In this document: positions 30,044-39,431 of the stretch, piece after piece | Layout: each line of letters opens with the position of its first letter | Position numbering within the stretch: position 1 is the first letter of the stretch | Source of the DNA: Planctomycetota bacterium | GTDB lineage: Bacteria > Planctomycetota > PLA2 > JAEUHO01 | NCBI GenBank assembly: GCA_050248855.1 | Contig: JBFWRP010000033.1 | Location: 1-48,520, forward strand | Direction: 5' to 3' | Length of the DNA: 48,520 nucleotides | Program-made: the position numbers and the translations under genes | The notes under the pieces: generated by a model | The model's input: the letters and a program-made list of their open reading frames with translations, nothing else | Databases searched by the model: none | Told to the model about the DNA's origin: nothing

Positions 30044-30897
30044 GCATGCCGCAGGTTCCCCGCGCCGACATCGCGCTCGTCACGCTCGGCGGCACCTTGC
30101 TGGTGCTCGCAGCCCTCGTGGCCGGCATGCAGGACGCGACGCCCGGGTGGAGCCACCACCAGGACGATGCGCGCGCTTGGGTGCGCCAGCGCCACGGCGA
30201 CGAGGACGCCGACAAGCTGCCGGTCGGTCTCCAACAGGTCTGGATCCCTGCCCTGGACCGCGTCGACCGCTGCACGACGTGCCACGTGGCGACCGACGGT
30301 GGCGCGATGACGGCCGAGGCGCCGCAGCCCTGGCGCTCCCACCCCCATCCCGAGCTGCTGGCCGCCCACCCGGTCGAGCGTTTCGGCTGCACGCTCTGCC
30401 ACGGCGGGCAAGGCGCGGCGACGACGCTGGCCGCCGCGCACGGCGACGTCCCCTTCTGGGAGGAGCCCCTGCTGGACGCACAACGTGCGGAGCGCGCGGG
30501 CCTGGAGCGGCGCCAGCTCCTCGAGATGCGCTGCAACCGCTGCCACCAGCACCAACAGGAAGTCGAGGGACTTCCCACGATCGCCGAAGGCCGCCGGCTC
30601 GTGGAACAGCTGCGCTGTGCGCGGTGCCATGCGATCCACGGCGAAGGGGGGACGACCGGCCCCGATCTCACGCACGTGGGCGACGAATCGCCCTCCAAGC
30701 GCCACTTCCCGCCGGCCTACAACGGGCCGCGCACCGTGTTGGCTTGGCACGTCGAGCACTTGCTCGATCCGCAAGCGCTGTCCCCGGGCAGCGAGATGCC
30801 CAAGCATCCGGTGGATCGCCGCCAGGCCACGGCGATCGCCCTGCTGCTCATGTCGTGGCAGCGCGTGGAGCTGCCCGCGGCCTGGACGCCGAGGTAG
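30040..30897 (+). CDS. Membrane-anchored tetraheme cytochrome c
   Basis: CTTCH, CTLCH, CNRCH, CARCH; GPDL..G and P.S.MP class I tail. Confidence 0.9.
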   Translation: MSMPQVPRADIALVTLGGTLLVLAALVAGMQDATPGWSHHQDDARAWVRQRHGDEDADKLPVGLQQVWIPALDRVDRCTTCHVATDGGAMTAEAPQPWRSHPHPELLAAHPVERFGCTLCHGGQGAATTLAAAHGDVPFWEEPLLDAQRAERAGLERRQLLEMRCNRCHQHQQEVEGLPTIAEGRRLVEQLRCARCHAIHGEGGTTGPDLTHVGDESPSKRHFPPAYNGPRTVLAWHVEHLLDPQALSPGSEMPKHPVDRRQATAIALLLMSWQRVELPAAWTPR

Positions 30898-30899
30898 GC

Positions 30900-32543
30900 G
30901 TGGCCCAACCCGTCCGCGAGCCGTTGAGCCTCTACCTCGACGACGCCGAGGAGCCGTTCAAGGTCGCCGTGCCGCCCGTGCGCTTCCGCCTGTCCACGCT
31001 GCCGCTCGCCGACGGACCGCACGAGCTGCGCATCGTGGCGAGCAACGGCCTGGCGCCGCCGACCGTGCGGCGCATCCCCTTCCAGGTCCGCAACGGCGTC
31101 GCGGTGTCGGTCAGCGGACTGCAGCCCGGTCAAGTCGTGGGCGGGCAGGTCCAGGTGCTGGCCAACGCGTTCGCCGGCAGCTCGGAGGCCGAGTTCGAGC
31201 CGCGCAAGGCCGAAACGCCCGAGCCCGTTCCGCGCTGGGCGTGGGTCCTCCTGCTCGGCGTGGCCACGTGGGCGCTGGCCTACGTGCTGCGGCTGGGCGC
31301 GCCCTTGCCCCCGTCCGCCGCGCCGGGCGCACTGCAGGCCGACGTCGGCGCCCAGCGTGTCCAGGACGTGTGCGCGCGCTGCCACGGGGAGGACGGACGC
31401 GGCCGGCACGCGGCCGGGGATGGATCCGTGGCCCTCGTGCCACCGCTTCGGGACACGCCGTTCCTGGCCGTGGACCGTGACCCCGAGCGCCTGCTGGCGC
31501 GCGTCCTCGTGGGCGTGCCCGACACGGCCATGCCGGCGTGGGCCGCGCAGTGGCCGCTCCACGAAGTCGTCGCCGTGGTCAACCATCTGCGCCAGACCTG
31601 GGGCCACGACGCATCGCGGATCGACCTGCGTCATCGGGCCCCCCCCGCCGACCTGCTTCGGGCCGAGGAGACGCTTCGCGAGGCGTTCCAGCGCAAGAGC
31701 GCCCCCGAGGTCGTGGCCGTCTGGGCGCCGACGGGGCGCACCACGTCGTTCCGCATCGACGACGAGGCCGGCGGCGTCCTGGGCCGCCGCGAGATCGGCG
31801 CCCGCTGGGCGGCCTACTTCGCCGAGCTCGGACCTGCGCGCTCCCTGGCGATCGAGGTCTACGACACGCGCTACGACTACGAGCCGGCCTCCGTGACGGC
31901 CGACGGATCCTTCGTCGTGTCCCTCGGTCGCATCCGCCAGGTCGTTACGGGCCCCGAGGGTGCCGAGCTCGCCAGGGAGGGCGACCTCCTTCGCGGCTGG
32001 CGCCTGCGCCAGGGCCGCTGGACGCTCGTCCTGGACGTGGCCACGATCCCGGTGCGCGTCGGCCTGGAGGCACGGGCGACGCCGGCGCCGTCCGCGCGAC
32101 ACGCGCGTGCGGCCCCCACGAAGTCCCTCGGTCCGCTCGGCTACGCCGACGTGCAGGCGATGTTCGAGGGGCTGGGGCGCTCGGCCAAGACGGCGCCGCA
32201 CGGCACGTTCTGGCGTCTCGGCTACGAGGAGTTCGTGGACCAGGTCTTCGAGTACGAGCTGCCTGACGCCGTCGCACGCGTGCGCATGGTCGTGCCGTAC
32301 GACAGCGCGCGCAGCAACTTGCTGCGCGCGATGCGTGACGGCAAGGGCATGATCTGCAGCCTGCCCGGGGGGCAGCTGCGCGAAGTGGACATCCGGCGCA
32401 TGCCCGTCGGGGTGGCGCCGCTGGACGATGCGCAGCTCGCGGCGCTGGAAGCGTGGATCGACGCGGGCTGTCCCGAGCGCGCCGGCGAGCCCAGCACCCT
32501 CCCCCGGCGTCCCGCCGACCAGCTGTTGCAGGCCGATCGCTGA
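30900..32543 (+). CDS. Multidomain cytochrome c (Ig-like + TM + monoheme c + SnoaL/NTF2-like + heme-less planctomycete cytochrome-c-like domain)
   Basis: CARCHGEDGRG..MPAW, WRLRQGRWTLVLD, SNLLRAM..RMP..WIDAG. Confidence 0.75.
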   Translation: MAQPVREPLSLYLDDAEEPFKVAVPPVRFRLSTLPLADGPHELRIVASNGLAPPTVRRIPFQVRNGVAVSVSGLQPGQVVGGQVQVLANAFAGSSEAEFEPRKAETPEPVPRWAWVLLLGVATWALAYVLRLGAPLPPSAAPGALQADVGAQRVQDVCARCHGEDGRGRHAAGDGSVALVPPLRDTPFLAVDRDPERLLARVLVGVPDTAMPAWAAQWPLHEVVAVVNHLRQTWGHDASRIDLRHRAPPADLLRAEETLREAFQRKSAPEVVAVWAPTGRTTSFRIDDEAGGVLGRREIGARWAAYFAELGPARSLAIEVYDTRYDYEPASVTADGSFVVSLGRIRQVVTGPEGAELAREGDLLRGWRLRQGRWTLVLDVATIPVRVGLEARATPAPSARHARAAPTKSLGPLGYADVQAMFEGLGRSAKTAPHGTFWRLGYEEFVDQVFEYELPDAVARVRMVVPYDSARSNLLRAMRDGKGMICSLPGGQLREVDIRRMPVGVAPLDDAQLAALEAWIDAGCPERAGEPSTLPRRPADQLLQADR

Positions 32544-32558
32544 CGTCGGGTGCGCCGG

Positions 32559-33929
32559 CTACCGCCGCGCAAAGCGCGCGGTGAAGTGGGGCAGCACGTC
32601 GGGGCGCTCCACGAACTGCAGTCCCGGGATCCGGGCGCGCTTCTCGAACAGCTCGAGGATGGACTCCACGACGTAGTCCATGTGGCTCTGGGTGTACACG
32701 CGACGCGGAATGGCCAGCCGCACGAGGTCCAGGTGGGGCCAGTGCCAGACACCGTGGGCATCGGGCCGCCCGAACATGACGTTGCCGATCTCGCAGGCCC
32801 GGATGCCGCCATGCTCGTAGAGCGCCACCGACAGCGACCATCCGGGGAGCGCCTCGGGCGGCAGGTGCGCGCAGAAACGGCGGGCGTCCAGGTAGATCGC
32901 ATGACCGCCGAACGGCCGCAGCAGCGGCACGCCCTGTGCATGCAGGCGATCGCCGACATAGCGCGTCGAGGCGATGCGGTACTCGAGGTAGCTCTCCTCC
33001 AGGATCTCCTGGAGCCCGATGGCGAGGGCCTCGAGGTCGCGGCCGGCCAAGCCGCCGTAGGTCGGGAAGCCCTCCGTGAGGATCAGGCGCGTGCGGATGT
33101 CGGCCGCCCACGCGTCGTCGTCGAGCGTGATGAGTCCGCCGGTGTTGCCGAAGGCGTCCTTCTTCATGCTCATGACGGCGCCATGGGCCAGCGCGAACAG
33201 GTCGCGGGCGATGTCGCGAGGACTGCGCCCCGCCTGACCCGGCTCGCGGCAGCGGATGAACCAGGCGTTCTCGGCGAAGCGCGCCGCGTCGATCAGCAAC
33301 CGCACGCCGTGGCGATCGCAGAGGGCGCGGGCGGCCCTCACGTTCTCGAGGCTGACGGGCTGACCGCCGCCGGAGTTGTTCGTCACCGTGATCAGCACGA
33401 ACGGCACGCGGTCCGCCCCGTACCGGGCCAGCGCCTCCTCCAGGCGCCCCAGGTCGATGTTGCCCTTGAAGGGATGGAGGTTCTCGGGGTCGCGCGCCTC
33501 GGCGATCGGCAGGTCCAGGGCCTCCCCACCCGCCATCTCGATGTTGGCGCGCGTCGTGTCGAAGTGCGTGTTGCCGGGCACGACCATGCCCGGGCGCACG
33601 AGGCTTCCGCAGATCAGGTGCTCGGCGGCGCGGCCCTGGTGCGTGGGGATCACGTGCCGGTAGCCGAACACCGACATCACCGAGGCACGGAACCGATCGA
33701 AGCTGCGCGCCCCGGCATACGACTCGTCGCCGCGCAGCATGCCCGCCCACTGCTCGGCGCTCATCGCCGAGGTACCCGAGTCGGTCAGGAGATCGATCAG
33801 CACGTCCTCCGCGTGCAGGCGAAACGGGTTGAAGCCCGCTTCCTCGATGCATGCACGCCGCTCGTCCGGCGTGGTCTGGCGCAGGGCCTCGACGACCTTC
33901 ACCCGGAACGGCTCGATGATCGTCTTCAC
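32559..33929 (-). CDS. tnaA: Tryptophanase (beta-eliminating lyase family)
   Basis: EPFRVKVVE, IDLLTDSGT, GDESYAG, THQGRAAE, FDTTRA, PLP-Lys SMKKD, LAIPRRVYT, HFTARF. Confidence 0.88.
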   Translation of the reverse strand: MKTIIEPFRVKVVEALRQTTPDERRACIEEAGFNPFRLHAEDVLIDLLTDSGTSAMSAEQWAGMLRGDESYAGARSFDRFRASVMSVFGYRHVIPTHQGRAAEHLICGSLVRPGMVVPGNTHFDTTRANIEMAGGEALDLPIAEARDPENLHPFKGNIDLGRLEEALARYGADRVPFVLITVTNNSGGGQPVSLENVRAARALCDRHGVRLLIDAARFAENAWFIRCREPGQAGRSPRDIARDLFALAHGAVMSMKKDAFGNTGGLITLDDDAWAADIRTRLILTEGFPTYGGLAGRDLEALAIGLQEILEESYLEYRIASTRYVGDRLHAQGVPLLRPFGGHAIYLDARRFCAHLPPEALPGWSLSVALYEHGGIRACEIGNVMFGRPDAHGVWHWPHLDLVRLAIPRRVYTQSHMDYVVESILELFEKRARIPGLQFVERPDVLPHFTARFARR

Positions 33930-34081
33930 GGCATCCTCCCGCCCCCGATGCAGGACGTGACTGGCAACGGAACTCCGTGCGGATTGTCCCACCGCACACG
34001 CGACCTGGCGCGGTGTGCGCCGCACGGCCCCCTCGGCCAGGGGCTGTCGGGCGCGGCGCAGAAGCGCCCCCCACGTGGCCG

Positions 34082-34987
34082 TCAGACGCGCAGGTGCGGC
34101 ACGAGGAACCACGTCAGCTCGTGCTTGTTGTGCCAGAGGTGGCGCAGCCGGGCACCGGGGATGGCCGCGAACGCGCGGAGGACGTCGGCATCGTGCTGGC
34201 CCTGGAGCTTGATCGTGCAGACGAAGCGCCGGCACGTGCCGGCCTCCAGCCACCGTCGCACGAGGGCGAGGAGCCGGTCGGGATAGCACGCGATGTCGCA
34301 GAAGAGCCAGTCGACGGGCCCCACCTCGGCAGGATCCAGACCAAACGCGCTCTCCTGCCGGAACGTCACCTCGGGCAGCGCCGCCACCAGGTCATCGAGC
34401 GGCGCCTTGTCGACGCTGACGACGCGCGCCCCCAAGCTGGCCACGACCCAGGTCCACCCCCCCGGCGAGCTGCCCAGGTCCAAGCACACGTCGCCCGGGC
34501 CGGGACGCTCGTCGAGCAGCGTCAAGGCCTCCCACAGCTTGAGGTAGGCGCGATTGGGAGGGACGTGACGGTCCTCTTCGAAGCGCACCTCGCCGTTGGG
34601 GAAGGCGCTGGTGCAGCGCGCCGCGAAGAACAGCTCGTGCCGGTCCAGCAGGGTCCAGGAGCCCAGCGGTGCGGAGGGCCGCGGCTGCCCGAACCGGAGC
34701 GGCCGCCCCGAGACGGGCGGCAGCTTCTCGGCCAGCAGGCCACCCCGTGCAGCGTGGTCGGGGAGGTACGCCACCCAGTTGCGCTGCACCGCACGAAGCG
34801 CCTTGGCCCCCTCGCCGATCGAGCGGATGGAGAGCCGGACGGGCTCGATCCACACGTTCTGCGCCCACATCGACTCCCGCGCCGCGCCCGGTGCGATCAG
34901 GAGCCGCCCATGGCGCCGGGTGATGTCACCCAGCTCGTCGGCCAGCGCCTCGACGTAGTCGGGATGCGCGAGGTAGCCCGTCTCCAT
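34082..34987 (-). CDS. FtsJ/RlmM-like rRNA 2'-O-methyltransferase
   Basis: PNRAYLKLWEA, DLGSSPGGWT, VDKAPL, CDIACYP, TIKL. Confidence 0.85.
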   Translation of the reverse strand: METGYLAHPDYVEALADELGDITRRHGRLLIAPGAARESMWAQNVWIEPVRLSIRSIGEGAKALRAVQRNWVAYLPDHAARGGLLAEKLPPVSGRPLRFGQPRPSAPLGSWTLLDRHELFFAARCTSAFPNGEVRFEEDRHVPPNRAYLKLWEALTLLDERPGPGDVCLDLGSSPGGWTWVVASLGARVVSVDKAPLDDLVAALPEVTFRQESAFGLDPAEVGPVDWLFCDIACYPDRLLALVRRWLEAGTCRRFVCTIKLQGQHDADVLRAFAAIPGARLRHLWHNKHELTWFLVPHLRV

Positions 34988-35038
34988 GCGCGCGGAGCAT
35001 AGTCGCCCGTCGCCCGCAGCCGAGGGCGCGGAGGGACC

Positions 35039-36490
35039 CTACCGGACTTCGCGGTCCGGTGCAGGGCCCACGAGACGGTCGATGGCCTCGAGCAGCACCG
35101 CCTTGTGGTCCGGGCCACCCCGTTCGGGATGGGCGACGTCGGGATGTGCGCTCCGCAGATGGCGGAACGACGTGACCAGACCGAGGTACGTCCCGTCCGG
35201 CGCGAAGAACATGAAGTCGAACGGGTACTCGTGGTGCTCCAGGATGGCGTGCGCGATGGGCAGCCCGCTCCACGCCGGATCGCTGATCTCGTCATGCACC
35301 ACCCACGAGCACACGAAGCGCTCGTCGAGGAGCTGGATGACCTGGGGATCGGAGAGCAGACCTGCCCTCAAGTCCGTTCCGCTGGGTCAACAGCTTTGGT
35401 CGTCGAGGGGACTCGTGAGAACGGCCACGAGGAGGGGTCGATCCTGCTCGCGCGCCAGCTCCTGCGCCTTGGTGATCGGCACCCAGCTGATGTCCATGAA
35501 CTTGTAGAACTGGTGCTTGAGACGCGCTTCCGCCTCACGCACGGAGATGCCATCCGCAGGCGTCGCCTCGGCCTTCGGGACCGGCTCGCCGCCCGCCAAC
35601 GCCATCTCGCGCACGCGATCAAAGCGCATGGTGGCCGTCGGAACACCGGTCTCGGGGTGCTTCCCCGTGAGGTGCACCGTCACGTTGATCGAGCGCTGCG
35701 TGGGCACGGCGACCTGGAACCACATCGCGCGCTTCTGGGTCCTGTCCAGGAGGAGACGACCCACGAAGCAAGCAGGCGTGTAGTACACGCCGGGAGCCAG
35801 GATGAACTCGGCGTGTACGCGGAACTGCAGCTCGGCCCGGTCGGCCGAGAGGGTACGCACGATCCCGAAGGCGCCTGCGGGCCCGGGCCGGCGGCCGTAC
35901 GGCGTGGTGTAGCCCTCGAAGCGCACCGACGCACCCGGGTGGAACTGGGTGAGGAAGGGCAGCCACCGCTCGGGCTCCATCGACCAGACCTGACCAACGC
36001 TCTCGAGCGCGGGGGGCAGGAGCTGCGAGAGCTCCCTTGCGGAGTAGGTCTTGGTGGCCTGGGCCAGCGGCGGCCTCGTCAGCATCTGCAGCTCGCGCGC
36101 GCCCAGCTCGAAGGGGCCCTGGTCTTCCATGCCGACGTAGCGGTCCATGCGCGTGCCGCCAGGGCCGTCGAGATCGACCCCGGTCCACGTGGCGTTCATC
36201 ACGAGCGTCGAACGCGGATCCAGCTCGGGATGCACGTCGCCGTCGAAGGCGCGCGCCGTCTCCGCATCGGGATTGACGTCCACGCGCTGCGGCCCGCCGA
36301 CGATCTCGCCGGCGTCGCGCGCAGCCGCCGCGTTCGACTCCGACGTGGACGTAGCCGGGTCGACGCCCTGGGCCTGGGACGCAGGGGGCGCGTGCGGCTC
36401 GTCACGTTGCAGCGCGAACCATGCGGTGGCACCTGCGATCACGACAGCGCAAGCGCCCAGCACCCAAGCGCGGGTTCCAGAGAGTGCCAT
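35039..36490 (-). CDS. Selenoprotein N (SELENON)-like protein, 483 aa, with Sec-encoding UGA at 35389-35387
   Basis: ORFs 35387-36490 and 35039-35371 are in frame across one TGA: LDDQSC*PSGTDLRAGLLSDPQVIQLLDERFVCSW. This parallels SelN [18 protein letters not shown]. SECIS hairpin follows. Confidence 0.88.
35346..35386 (-). promoter_or_regulatory. Bacterial SECIS element
   Basis: UGA-CCCAGCGGAACGGACUU-GAGGGCA-GGUC-UGCUCUC-CGAUCC. The apical GCAGGUCUGC is the same as in the E. coli fdhF SECIS; the loop starts 24 nt after the UGA. Confidence 0.85.
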
Positions 36491-36733
36491 GTGTGTGCCC
36501 CAAGCGGCATCAGACGTTGCATATGCAAGACTTGCGTGCAGTTGCTGATGCCGCCTACACCCTAGCGAGGACCGGGGGCGCTGCCAGCCTCGCGGTGATG
36601 GACGTCCAGGCCACCGGAAACCACGTATCCAGCAGCCGGTCAAGCTTGGCGGCCCCCTCGAGTTGGCTGTTCCAACAAGCGAGTCGCGCCGCCTGCGAGA
36701 GCGCAGCACGGCGTGCGCGTGGGTGGCCTACGA

Positions 36734-37231
36734 CTAGTCGGCACCCTCGGTGGCTCCGAGCGAGCGCGCCGGAGCCGCAACGCGAACGCTACGGCCGGGT
36801 CCGATCGTGATGGTGTAGCCAAGACGCCGCCATCGCTCGACCAGCGCGTCCAGGCGCGCGGCCAAGTCTGCCGGGGCCGCCGGGTCGGTGCGCTCCCGCA
36901 TGAGCAGGAGCTGGGGGAGGACCTCGGGGGCGTCTTCGATCTCGGCGCGCCCCACCAAGGCGTCCCACGCCTCCCGTCGCAAGCCCACCTCCGCGACCTG
37001 TTCCATGCCATTCGCGATCTGGGTGGCCTGCATGGAGCGTTGCATTGGATCCTCCTCCCGCGCGAACCGCTCGAGGTGCTCGCGAAGCTCGCTGCGTGCG
37101 CGGTCCTCTCTTCCAGGACGCGACATCCGCTGGACGATGACCCAACCCGCGAGCACGACGGCCAACACGCCCACGACGTTCGTGAACGTGAGCGGGCGAT
37201 GCCTACCGCCGGGATCGCCCACGTCGCTCAC
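36734..37231 (-). CDS. Hypothetical membrane-anchored protein
   Basis: Single N-terminal TM helix; abuts the upstream gene. Confidence 0.55.
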   Translation of the reverse strand: MSDVGDPGGRHRPLTFTNVVGVLAVVLAGWVIVQRMSRPGREDRARSELREHLERFAREEDPMQRSMQATQIANGMEQVAEVGLRREAWDALVGRAEIEDAPEVLPQLLLMRERTDPAAPADLAARLDALVERWRRLGYTITIGPGRSVRVAAPARSLGATEGAD

Positions 37232-37636
37232 CTACTCGGTCCGCGTCCGCCGGATCGCACAGACGACCGCGGAGTGGATGATGGCCCAGAGGGCGGCAAC
37301 AAGGGCTGCCGTGTGGAGCGCCCATGCGCCGACCAAGAGATAGGCGTGCCCTCGATCGGCGCGAGAGGCGATGTACTGCAGCAGCAGTCCGAGGAGGAAG
37401 CAGGGACCCGCGATCCAGATCGCGCGCAGCGTGGGCGACATCGGCTCGCCGGCTCCCCCACCACGCGATCCCGACGGCGCTCCCTCGCGCCGGGCCTTCT
37501 CGAAGGCGCGCTCCTTGGCCTCGCGGAGCCTGCGAAGCTCCGCGGGGTCTGGCTGCTCGGCGCCGCAGCTGGTGCACGTCTTCGCGGTGAACAACAGAAC
37601 GGCATCACAGCTCACGCACGTCTTGGCGCGCATCAT
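37232..37636 (-). CDS. Zinc-ribbon membrane protein
   Basis: CVSC..CTSC followed by two TM helices. Confidence 0.6.
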   Translation of the reverse strand: MMRAKTCVSCDAVLLFTAKTCTSCGAEQPDPAELRRLREAKERAFEKARREGAPSGSRGGGAGEPMSPTLRAIWIAGPCFLLGLLLQYIASRADRGHAYLLVGAWALHTAALVAALWAIIHSAVVCAIRRTRTE

Positions 37637-37702
37637 GGCCAGGTCCCCCTTCCGCTCCGAACGTGATAGCACGCCCGGCCCGCCGAGGGGGTCGGCGACG
37701 CG

Positions 37703-38140
37703 TCACGAGAAGGTCTCGGCAGCAGACGCAGGGTCGCGCGCGAGGGCGCGCCGGAAGAGGATGACCGCAAGCATGGCGCGGAGCGCGACGAGCCCACCTA
37801 ACCCCATGGCCACGGTCACGGTCCACGGCCACGGATGATTGACCTTGGCAAACAAGGTGATGCCACCCCCGCCAAGCTGCGAGAGGGCCAGGAAGCCCGA
37901 GAGCCCGACGCAGAGCCCCAGCTTCCTGCCTCGGCTCAAGGGCCCCCTCAACAGGATCGCCATCAGGATCAGCGTCCCGTGCAGACCCAGCACGGGGCCC
38001 AGGCGGCGCAGGGTGCGATCACCGGAGTCCATGGTGAGGGCGAGATACGTCATCACGCCCGCCCAGACGGCGATCCACACCGTGTGGCGGCGCACGGCCA
38101 GCGCTCGCGCTCGAGCGACGGCCTCCGGGAAAGCTTCCAT
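37703..38140 (-). CDS. Hypothetical four-TM membrane protein
   Basis: Four hydrophobic segments from MEAFPE. Confidence 0.55.
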   Translation of the reverse strand: MEAFPEAVARARALAVRRHTVWIAVWAGVMTYLALTMDSGDRTLRRLGPVLGLHGTLILMAILLRGPLSRGRKLGLCVGLSGFLALSQLGGGGITLFAKVNHPWPWTVTVAMGLGGLVALRAMLAVILFRRALARDPASAAETFS

Positions 38141-38258
38141 CCTCGTCTGTCTCCGCGCGCGCGGGCTCGCCTCGCAACCGTCACATGGTCCGCGCGCGTT
38201 GCGCGCGCGGACCGGCCCCGCGGCCCCGCGGCCCCGACGCGCCCGCGCGGCCGCAACC

Positions 38259-39098
38259 CTACCAGCGCAGTGCCTCGGGCGTGGGAGGCACAGGCTGGAA
38301 CGTGTTGGCGGTAAAGTCGGCAAGCTTCTTGGTGGTCCAGGTCCCGTCCGAACAAGAGCTGGCCCACAGGCACCCGTCCCGGGTGAAGACGATCCGGCCG
38401 CGGCGGTCGAAGTCGGCCCACTCCGCGCCGGTCAGGTCCACGTGACCCGGCTCGAGGCGGTAGGTCGGCTCGCCGTTGCCGACGGGATCTGCGGCGCGGA
38501 GCACGACACCATCGCGTCGCTTCTCCACGAACGAGTGTCGGCCCCCGTAGGGATGGCCCGCAGCCAAGAGACGCTCGGTCTCGGCCTGCTCGTCGGCGAC
38601 GAGGGGCACCCAGCCATCGGCCACCATGCGCGCGCGCCACAGGTTCTTGTCGAACCTCCAAGCCGAGAAGGTGTAAGGACAGCCCCTGGCGACCCTGTCC
38701 TCCGCGTGCTCGGGTCGGCCATCAGAACCCGCCAACAGCACGTGCGAGTGGTCCACGAAGTAGCCCCCACCCACATACGACGAGTCGTGACACCACAACG
38801 CGAGCGCCGACAGGAAGGGAGGTCGGCTGATCGCCGTCCACACCGGGCACTCGTGCTCCTTGTTCCATCGCGAGTACCGGACTGCCCTGTAAAGAAAGTG
38901 CCGCCCGTCCGGAGACAAGTGGCTGCACGACTCCCTGATGCGCCCGTGCAGCCACTGACCTGGCGTGAGCTCGTCAGTCTCCGTGTTCCACGCCAATAGC
39001 TGCACACGTCGAGCAGGTCCGCGTCGTAGGAGGACGCCCCTCGGCACATCCCGCGCCAAGAATCCCGTGACGCGAGGCGGGGGCGGCGGCGTGGTCAT
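38259..39098 (-). CDS. Hypothetical beta-rich protein
   Basis: LRRGP..W..TDE..GQWLHGRI..LSPDG..WTAISRPP, WADFDRRGR; ordered protein-like composition. Confidence 0.7.
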   Translation of the reverse strand: MTTPPPPPRVTGFLARDVPRGVLLRRGPARRVQLLAWNTETDELTPGQWLHGRIRESCSHLSPDGRHFLYRAVRYSRWNKEHECPVWTAISRPPFLSALALWCHDSSYVGGGYFVDHSHVLLAGSDGRPEHAEDRVARGCPYTFSAWRFDKNLWRARMVADGWVPLVADEQAETERLLAAGHPYGGRHSFVEKRRDGVVLRAADPVGNGEPTYRLEPGHVDLTGAEWADFDRRGRIVFTRDGCLWASSCSDGTWTTKKLADFTANTFQPVPPTPEALRW

Positions 39099-39286
39099 GG
39101 TCTGCCAGGAGCCACGCCCTGCACGACGGCGGGACGCTTGCCGAGCTCGGCAACGGCCTCGCGCGGCAGGAAGAGCAACAGCACGCCCGTCAAGATCGCG
39201 AACAGCGCCCCCACACCCAGCGAAATCGCCACGATGGCCGCATCCGCGATGGCGAAGCCTGCGTACGCGGGCCCGCTCAAGTCCAT
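39095..39286 (-). CDS. Small membrane protein
   Basis: Hydrophobic 63-aa ORF whose stop overlaps the next start (ATGA). Confidence 0.45.
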   Translation of the reverse strand: MDLSGPAYAGFAIADAAIVAISLGVGALFAILTGVLLLFLPREAVAELGKRPAVVQGVAPGRP

Positions 39287-39431
39287 CGTGGCCCGCGCTC
39301 CAACAAGTCCGTCAGGCAAGCGCCTCGTCACGCTGCACCCCTCCCCACGCCTTGATCCGGACGCCTCGCCGTGCACGGCGCCCACCTGTCGAAGGCGCCA
39401 TTCTGCCGCGCACGCCCGTGCCGCTTCTACG

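Noticed and set aside
35039..35371. Independent 110-aa gene, or nonsense pseudogene of the upstream ORF
   Set aside because: In frame with the upstream ORF; the TGA falls at the SelN Sec position and is followed by a SECIS.
36220..36290. EF-hand equivalent in the SelN-like protein (DVNPDAE..DGDVHPE)
   Set aside because: Acidic, but it does not fit the 12-residue EF-loop spacing.
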